Source: Parcubacteria group bacterium Gr01-1014_29 (GTDB lineage: Bacteria > Patescibacteriota > Minisyncoccia > Ryanbacterales > 2-02-FULL-48-12). Taken from it: a stretch of DNA of 57,352 bases. Below the pieces are notes generated by a model. That model had not been told where the DNA came from. It worked only from the letters and a program-made list of their open reading frames with translations, and did no database searches. Positions 51,587-57,352 of this stretch are shown one piece after another (the stretch's first letter is position 1; the number at the start of each line of letters is the position of its first letter). The stretch lies in the NCBI GenBank assembly GCA_007376195.1, contig VMFT01000003.1, positions 1 through 57,352 of the forward strand, given 5' to 3'. The translations under genes and the position numbers were made by a program.

Positions 51587-54500
51587 ATGCTTAAAAATAA
51601 GGTCTATTATAATTTTATGTATCATATAAATCACATGAAAAAGTTTGCAAAGTACGTTTTCCTTGCCGCGGGCATTGCGGCATTTATAATGGTCGTAGCA
51701 CTAAATGTAGGCACTCCTTCAGTTGCCCAAGCCGCGGCGGCATGGCAACCACTGACAGTAGATGGCAAATTCCAGACGGCTATTCACGTGGTTCCGCCTA
51801 CTGATGAAAATCCTTTGCATGCGACTATCTACGGGATTGGCACCGATAACAGTATTAGCAACGGAAATGCGGTTAAAAAATGGAGGAACACCGGAGCTAC
51901 GATAGATCAAGGCGCGTCTGAGACATTCTCCACATCAGGAAATTATAAAGGGAGCTTAGTTCTTGCCAAAGATGGATCCTACACTCGTCCCGGTTTTATC
52001 ACGGGTGTAAATAAGTACTTTTACAGCATCGGTCTTGATAACAGCGTCTATCGGTGGCGCGATGGACAGGGATTTGATCTCTATGCGCCTAATGGATCGC
52101 TGAAAAAGATATATATGCCTGATGATAATACTATTTACGGCATCGGTTATAATGAAGATTTTATTTGGAAATGGACACCGGCAGGGGGATGGAAGAGAAT
52201 TACGAACGGCCCCGTAAAGGATAGTTTTCATGTTATTTCTGAAAACGATATCTACGCGATTGGTTTAGATAACCAAATTTATCGCTGGACTGGCACGCCG
52301 TTTTATCAAGGTACGGGAGGAAGTTTTGCGAAAGTGAACCCAGACACACATCCGTTTTCACTTAAACATAAAATTCATTACGCAAATGGAAACATATACG
52401 GCATCGGGTTAGACAATAGGATTTGGAAATGGGATACCTCAAAAAATAATACTCCCTCTGCTGCTTCCTCTCCCGTCACTGACTGCTGCATTAAAGACGA
52501 TTTCCACTTTATCTCGGAGAACGATATCTATGGGATTGGATTAGATAACAATGTTTGGCATTGGAGCGGGACAGGTGGAGGCGAGGTAGGATTATATTCC
52601 GGATTTTATAATTTCCCGGTAAGATTTTTTAACGAGTCAGTTGTACCACGTGAGCAAATGACAAAAGTTACTGACGCCCAGTATGTAAGTCTTAAGAAAA
52701 TGCATAATAGTAATGCACCCTATGTATTTACTAGAATTGAGTATGGTCCCTCCGTATATGGAGCAACTATGCCTAATGGAATCAAATTGGGTGACGCCGC
52801 CTTTCCAGGACTAAATGGTGGTCACCCACGTTGGGAGGTTATGGCGCATGAGCAAGGGCATAATTTTTTTGGCGGCACGAGTCCGTGGTATAACACACTC
52901 GCAGTACCAGGGCCTTTTTTGCAGGAGAGCTTAGCTGTCTTGAGTGCCTTCTATACATATCATAATATTATTGAGAATTTACCGGCCTTTAATATCACTA
53001 GTGGAACGGCTAGTAGTCTAAATTATGATTTTACCAGTGGAAGAAATTATCAAAGAAGTCAACATGATCTTTACATCTCACAGGGCAAAAATTTTGACGA
53101 CCAAGTTACTTTGACCAGTCAGGCGCTTGATTACAAAATGATAGTCTATGGAGAAACATACGGTTGGCAGAATTATACGAAATTAACTAAAGCATTTGAG
53201 AGCGGAGTTGCAAGTCAGTTTACGTTTCAAAACGATGGCGTCTCCGCCACCGAAAGAAGCACCTATATTGTTGCGGCTCTCGGGGCTACATTCAATAGAG
53301 ATTTTAGAAATGAATTTCTCGCGTTGAACTTCCCGGTAGACAATACTCTTTATAATGAAATCTATAATAAATTGGTAGTTGTTATGGGGGGCTACACGCT
53401 CAATGTCACTAAATCAGGAACCGGTAGCGGAACCGTAATCTTTCCCGTGGGCATCAATTGCGGATCGGATTGCTTCGAAAGCTACGCAGCCGGTGCCCCT
53501 GTCACGCTCACCGCGCAAGCCACAGCCGGCTCAACCTTTACCGGATGGAGCGGGGATTGTTCGAGTGTCAATTTGGTTACCGGAACCTGCCAGCTCACTA
53601 TGAGCGCGGCAAAGAGTGTGAAGGCGACATTCGATCTCACAGGAGGCACCCCACCTCCCGCTCCTTGGGCTGAAGTTCCGGGGAGTGGATTGACCCTTGA
53701 TAGCCCTGCCGCACTTTGGTATTCGAATAGAAATGAAGGAAGTTTGTTTGTTAGAGGAACTGACGATTTGGTCTATGTTAATCATTCCTCTGGAGGCAAC
53801 TTCATTTCCTGGAATTCCCTCCCTGATAAAAAAACCTTAAGCCAGCCCGGAGTGGTAGTGGATAGTGACGGCATCAGACATATTTTTATACAAGGAAAAG
53901 ACGACAATAAGATTTATACTTTGGGTTCCAGTGGAACATGGATTGAGGTCCCGGGAGGAGGATCAACCCCAAGCGGCCCGGAAGCCGTACGGGAAGGAAC
54001 TAAAATTCATCTCTTTATTCGCGGAACAAACGATAAGGTGTATATGAATACTAGAGATAATGATTCCTGGCAGAACGAATGGACCGAAATTCCCGGAGGT
54101 AAACTTATTGCAAGCAGTCCTTCCGCGGTGGTGACTTCCAACCAGCTTAACGTCTTTGTTAGAGGCACTGATGATAAAATTTATCTAAATACCAAGAGTG
54201 CCAACGACTGGGAAGGATGGAGCGAGCTGAAAAGTGGGGGATCAACTTTAAGTCAACCGACTGTCGTCGTAGCTGGAACAGGTGTAAAAGTCTATGTGCG
54301 CGGCACCGATAACAAAGTCTATTCTACATCAGGCATAATTAGCAGTACTAATAAATCATTCACTGAATGGAGTGTTGTGTCTCCGGATGCGGCAGTAACC
54401 GGAAGCGGGCCCGAAACAATCGTGGATGCTTCAGGCAATATCCTTATTTTTATTCGCGGGTTGAATAATAAGATTTACAGGCAAACAATCGCGGTGGGAG

Positions 54501-56152
54501 GAGCCTTCGCCCCCTCCCTTATATATTCAAAAATCATTAATGGTCCAAGCGAACCAAACTTTAACGTTAATGAAGATATTCATGGAAAAGCGGAAAATGC
54601 TGGACCAAATAGCAAGTTGTGTTCTCAAGTCCTAGTGCACCCCACCCTTAATTGCGGAGGGTCTGGTCAACCGGCTTGCGCAGACGCATGTGCTGGCGAT
54701 CCCTTGGCTTCCGTTGGCACGAATCCTCCTTGGAAGAGAATGATTGATTTGGTGCAATGGAATGGTACGGATTCTAGCCGAGGTAACACAGGATATAGCA
54801 CAAACTCATGGCGCGGACTTACAAAAGCGGCAGATTTTTACCCTTCTATTGTTGCTCCCGGGCTAAAGCTTAAAATTCATCTCTATGATCCAGACCAACC
54901 GGTAGTTGCAAACAGAAGGACTAGCGCTGATGTTGAATACAAAATCGGAGGCACCACCGGCGGCAGTCTTACCACTCAATATAGTTCTTCTGCCGCGAAT
55001 GTCCCGCCTGGTTTTGCGGTGCCGTTTAATCTTTTTACTCCGGCGAAAGAGCTTCTGGTAGGCGGTTCTCGTTCTTCCACGGGCATTACCGCAACGGCGG
55101 GCGCGTCTACACAGGATCCCGTGACCTATGTCTATCACAAGGGATACATATTGCGTAATAATCAATGGCAACAGATTACTTTTACTTCTTCCGGCACGCC
55201 GCTTATTTCTAACTTCTGGTATGCGGGCACTGTCCAAGCTTCTATTCCTCTTACATCCGCAGAACTTTCTCAAAGTATCCATGTTATTGCCTATACATGC
55301 GCATATGTAAACGGCCAATGGAAATGCGGGTGTAAAGATGCGGCCTGTGCTACGAATTATTGGCAGCTACAGACGTTTCGTCCGACGGGTGGCGGAGGCG
55401 GTGGCGGAGGTGGTGGTGGAGGTGGTAATGCCACTCTCCGCATCGCTCCTTCAGAGATAAATTCATACTATAGGTGGGCGACGTCAGGCGGTTCTTATGA
55501 AGAAGCTTCCTACACATACGCGCTTTACGATCCCGACGGGTCTGGGCCACAACCAGAGCGAAAGTTGTTTAATAGTGAAGTCGTCTGGACGCCAGGAGAC
55601 CCGCACCTAAATCTACCGAATCAGCCAGTACGTCCAGGCGAATGGCTAGCGTATGCTGGTACTCTTCAGAGCGGTAATTTAGTAGTAGAAAATCAACAAC
55701 CGTATACGACAACTATCACCGCTAATGCCAAAGGCCTCACCGCCAGCATTGACTTTAAAATGAATGTTGGCCGCAGGCCGGGTAGCGAACGCGCCTGGTT
55801 CTGGGTGTCTTCCCCGGGAAAACTTTTTAGCGGATTGCCGTATGTTCCTTATGATAACGACGCCCCAGTCGGCTCTAGAGATGCCCACTTCGAAATGACC
55901 GTGAAGGTAGGAGAAACGAAGACATATCCAATTAACGTAGCCACTGGTTTCGGGGATAATCTAGAGCCACTTTCAGGGATAACCAATCTACTAGGGTTAA
56001 ACTTCGTATGCAACTACGCAGGATCCGGAAGTATCAGTTGCGATGACCGATACGGAATAACGGGCGTTGTGCCGGGGATAACCTACATCCAACACCCCGG
56101 GACTCTTAGTGACAGCGCTTTATCACTCACCAGAGTTACGGTAACCCAATAA
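51587..56152 (+). CDS. Giant secreted multidomain protein: tectonin-like propeller, HExxH metallopeptidase-like module, InlB B-repeat-like domain, DUF346/PLL-like propeller, large Cys-containing C-terminal region
   Basis: Signal/anchor MKKFAKYVFLAAGIAAFIMVVAL. Six IYGIGLDN.IW.W-type repeats (about 51740-52610). HEQGH at 52847-52861. GTGSGTV..GINCGSDC..TGWSGDC module (about 53393-53637). Six F[VI]RGTDDK[IV]Y-type repeats (about 53668-54490). Gly13 linker at 55388-55426. The start could be 51635. Confidence 0.8.
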   Translation: MLKNKVYYNFMYHINHMKKFAKYVFLAAGIAAFIMVVALNVGTPSVAQAAAAWQPLTVDGKFQTAIHVVPPTDENPLHATIYGIGTDNSISNGNAVKKWRNTGATIDQGASETFSTSGNYKGSLVLAKDGSYTRPGFITGVNKYFYSIGLDNSVYRWRDGQGFDLYAPNGSLKKIYMPDDNTIYGIGYNEDFIWKWTPAGGWKRITNGPVKDSFHVISENDIYAIGLDNQIYRWTGTPFYQGTGGSFAKVNPDTHPFSLKHKIHYANGNIYGIGLDNRIWKWDTSKNNTPSAASSPVTDCCIKDDFHFISENDIYGIGLDNNVWHWSGTGGGEVGLYSGFYNFPVRFFNESVVPREQMTKVTDAQYVSLKKMHNSNAPYVFTRIEYGPSVYGATMPNGIKLGDAAFPGLNGGHPRWEVMAHEQGHNFFGGTSPWYNTLAVPGPFLQESLAVLSAFYTYHNIIENLPAFNITSGTASSLNYDFTSGRNYQRSQHDLYISQGKNFDDQVTLTSQALDYKMIVYGETYGWQNYTKLTKAFESGVASQFTFQNDGVSATERSTYIVAALGATFNRDFRNEFLALNFPVDNTLYNEIYNKLVVVMGGYTLNVTKSGTGSGTVIFPVGINCGSDCFESYAAGAPVTLTAQATAGSTFTGWSGDCSSVNLVTGTCQLTMSAAKSVKATFDLTGGTPPPAPWAEVPGSGLTLDSPAALWYSNRNEGSLFVRGTDDLVYVNHSSGGNFISWNSLPDKKTLSQPGVVVDSDGIRHIFIQGKDDNKIYTLGSSGTWIEVPGGGSTPSGPEAVREGTKIHLFIRGTNDKVYMNTRDNDSWQNEWTEIPGGKLIASSPSAVVTSNQLNVFVRGTDDKIYLNTKSANDWEGWSELKSGGSTLSQPTVVVAGTGVKVYVRGTDNKVYSTSGIISSTNKSFTEWSVVSPDAAVTGSGPETIVDASGNILIFIRGLNNKIYRQTIAVGGAFAPSLIYSKIINGPSEPNFNVNEDIHGKAENAGPNSKLCSQVLVHPTLNCGGSGQPACADACAGDPLASVGTNPPWKRMIDLVQWNGTDSSRGNTGYSTNSWRGLTKAADFYPSIVAPGLKLKIHLYDPDQPVVANRRTSADVEYKIGGTTGGSLTTQYSSSAANVPPGFAVPFNLFTPAKELLVGGSRSSTGITATAGASTQDPVTYVYHKGYILRNNQWQQITFTSSGTPLISNFWYAGTVQASIPLTSAELSQSIHVIAYTCAYVNGQWKCGCKDAACATNYWQLQTFRPTGGGGGGGGGGGGGNATLRIAPSEINSYYRWATSGGSYEEASYTYALYDPDGSGPQPERKLFNSEVVWTPGDPHLNLPNQPVRPGEWLAYAGTLQSGNLVVENQQPYTTTITANAKGLTASIDFKMNVGRRPGSERAWFWVSSPGKLFSGLPYVPYDNDAPVGSRDAHFEMTVKVGETKTYPINVATGFGDNLEPLSGITNLLGLNFVCNYAGSGSISCDDRYGITGVVPGITYIQHPGTLSDSALSLTRVTVTQ

Positions 56153-56226
56153 AGTCGGACTTTACCCAGCCCCCGCAATCGCGGGGTGGGTTTTTGAATC
56201 TCTTGCGGGAACATGGTTTTGCAGCT

Positions 56227-57102
56227 ATGATAGGCGATATGGACGAGCGCGAACAAAAAATTCAAAAACTCAAAGAATATTTTGAAAAACGCGAGGATGC
56301 GGTGATGGCATTTTTGTTTGGGTCGCAGGCGGAAGATCGGGCTCACGCGAGTTCTGATTGGGATATTGCCGTGTACATCGCATCAAAAGACAAGCGTGTA
56401 GAGTGGGAAGAGCACGCAAAAGAATATCCTCAAGAACAAAAAATATGGAGCGATTGTGTTGATATATTAAAAACGGATCATGTGGACATTGTGATATTAA
56501 ATCGCGCGCCGGTGAATATCGCGGATGCCGCCATTTCCGGGGTTCCTCTTGCGGTAAAAGATCGGGGGTTATTTCTTCAATTTATGTTGATCGTGACAAA
56601 AGCCGCGGAGGAGTATTACGAATTTTCAAAAGATTATTATGACATATTTATGCGTTCTGCTTCTCTGATAAAAAAAGACGCGGATCGCTTAAGAAACATT
56701 GTTGAATTTATTGAAGCACAGCGAACGCTTTACCCGTCATTTCTCGTTCTTTCTCAAAAAGAATACGAAAACAATCTTATCATGCGAGGCGCGGTAGAGC
56801 GGTGGCTGGAAAATCTCATGAATGGCGTTATTGATATTGCAAAAATTGTTTTGGCAAGCAAGCGCGTGCCAAATCCTTACGGCTACGCAAACACAGTAGA
56901 GAGAGCGATGGATATTCTTGCTTTGCCAAAAGAGACTATCGCGCAATACGAAAAATGGGTGAAGCTGCGCAATGAATTAGCTCACGAATATCTTGACATA
57001 AAATGGAGAAAATTAACTGATTTTATTAATGTGAGCGAACCGCATATTCAGTCCCTTATTGCCGCAACGCGTGATTTTCTTAACAAAGAAGAAACAGAAT
57101 AA
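56227..57102 (+). CDS. Fused minimal nucleotidyltransferase (MNT) - HEPN (DUF86) protein
   Basis: N-terminal FLFGSQAEDRAHASSDWDIAVYI (GS...D.D NTase motif). C-terminal RNELAHEY (R-x4-H HEPN motif) within a DUF86-like helical domain. The ORF is open from 56194 (TTG). Confidence 0.75.
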   Translation: MIGDMDEREQKIQKLKEYFEKREDAVMAFLFGSQAEDRAHASSDWDIAVYIASKDKRVEWEEHAKEYPQEQKIWSDCVDILKTDHVDIVILNRAPVNIADAAISGVPLAVKDRGLFLQFMLIVTKAAEEYYEFSKDYYDIFMRSASLIKKDADRLRNIVEFIEAQRTLYPSFLVLSQKEYENNLIMRGAVERWLENLMNGVIDIAKIVLASKRVPNPYGYANTVERAMDILALPKETIAQYEKWVKLRNELAHEYLDIKWRKLTDFINVSEPHIQSLIAATRDFLNKEETE

Positions 57103-57119
57103 TCAAAGCCACACTGCAA

Positions 57120-57352
57120 ATGTTTTACATATTAAGTTTGATTTTGACGTTAGGTTTTATCTTTTCGGCTGTAAGCGGAACTAATTTAATGGGCAGTTTA
57201 TGGGATCAAATAACCCAAAAGATAAGCGGATTTGCTTTTCTAAAGACGCAAAATGAAACAGTAATAGACAACCTGAATTCACAGTATAATTTGTTAGATA
57301 AATTCTTTTCTGACACAGCGCTTGATCTGCTTCAAAATGAAGATATTCCCGC
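57120..57352 (+). CDS. Partial CDS (5' end), hypothetical membrane-anchored protein
   Basis: ATG followed by a hydrophobic MFYILSLILTLGFIFSAV, open to the end of the window. Confidence 0.35.
   Translation, partial: MFYILSLILTLGFIFSAVSGTNLMGSLWDQITQKISGFAFLKTQNETVIDNLNSQYNLLDKFFSDTALDLLQNEDIP

Noticed and set aside
50993-56152. A possible diversity-generating retroelement: the Avd-like four-helix-bundle gene lies next to a giant surface protein that could be a variable target.
   Set aside because: No reverse transcriptase ORF (no YxDD-type motif) exists anywhere in the window. I could not find a template/variable repeat pair by eye. Four-helix-bundle genes of this family also occur alone. 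A TR/VR self-alignment of the full genome would be needed to revive the idea.

Overview
This window looks like an origin-proximal chromosomal segment of a small-genome, CPR/Parcubacteria-like bacterium. That placement is inferred from gene content: compact housekeeping genes, a T4SS-type pilin locus and a giant surface protein. The standard code applies, because TGA ends conserved genes at the expected length.

Housekeeping content:
- The origin core is rpmH-rnpA-yidD-yidC-jag (minus strand) facing dnaA-dnaN (plus strand), with consensus DnaA boxes on both sides of dnaA.
- Repair and replication genes are pcrA/uvrD, ruvA, ruvB, ruvC, uvrB, polA and holA.
- Envelope genes are PBP1A, a MurE-type ligase, an Lnt-like acyltransferase and a LysM-M23 peptidase.
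- Translation and RNA genes are rsmA, tyrS, rpsT, tsaE, a TrmH-like methyltransferase and tRNA-Val(UAC).
- Also present are a PilB/GspE ATPase, an MsbA-like ABC exporter, and a histidine kinase with a receiver-only regulator.

Accessory or unusual content:
1. A 12.5 kb co-directional T4SS-like locus (6858-19323). It has a VirB6/TrbL-like protein, a frameshifted PrgI/VirB3-like gene, a VirB4 ATPase encoded as two in-frame ORFs, a VirB2-type pilin and six unnameable ORFs. No relaxase or coupling protein is recognisable.
2. A 1521 aa secreted protein with two lectin-type beta-propellers and an HExxH protease module.
3. Three toxin-antitoxin-like modules: an AbiEii-like cassette inserted at a duplicated rsmA 3' end, a RelE/RHH pair, and a fused MNT-HEPN protein.
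4. A tight NMNAT-like / DEDD exonuclease / YkuK RNase H-like operon.
5. A His-rich secreted protein.
6. A very dense, modular population of palindromic repeats. These include elements translated in frame inside rsmA and other genes, TIR-bounded MITE-like composites whose ends supply the stop codons of flanking genes, a 91 nt hairpin family with compensatory substitutions, and 7-nt-periodic arrays that place stop codons in all three frames.
7. A candidate about 160 nt structured ncRNA.

No CRISPR array, rRNA, transposase or integrase was seen. Coordinates of non-ORF features were read by eye and may be off by 1-2 nt.
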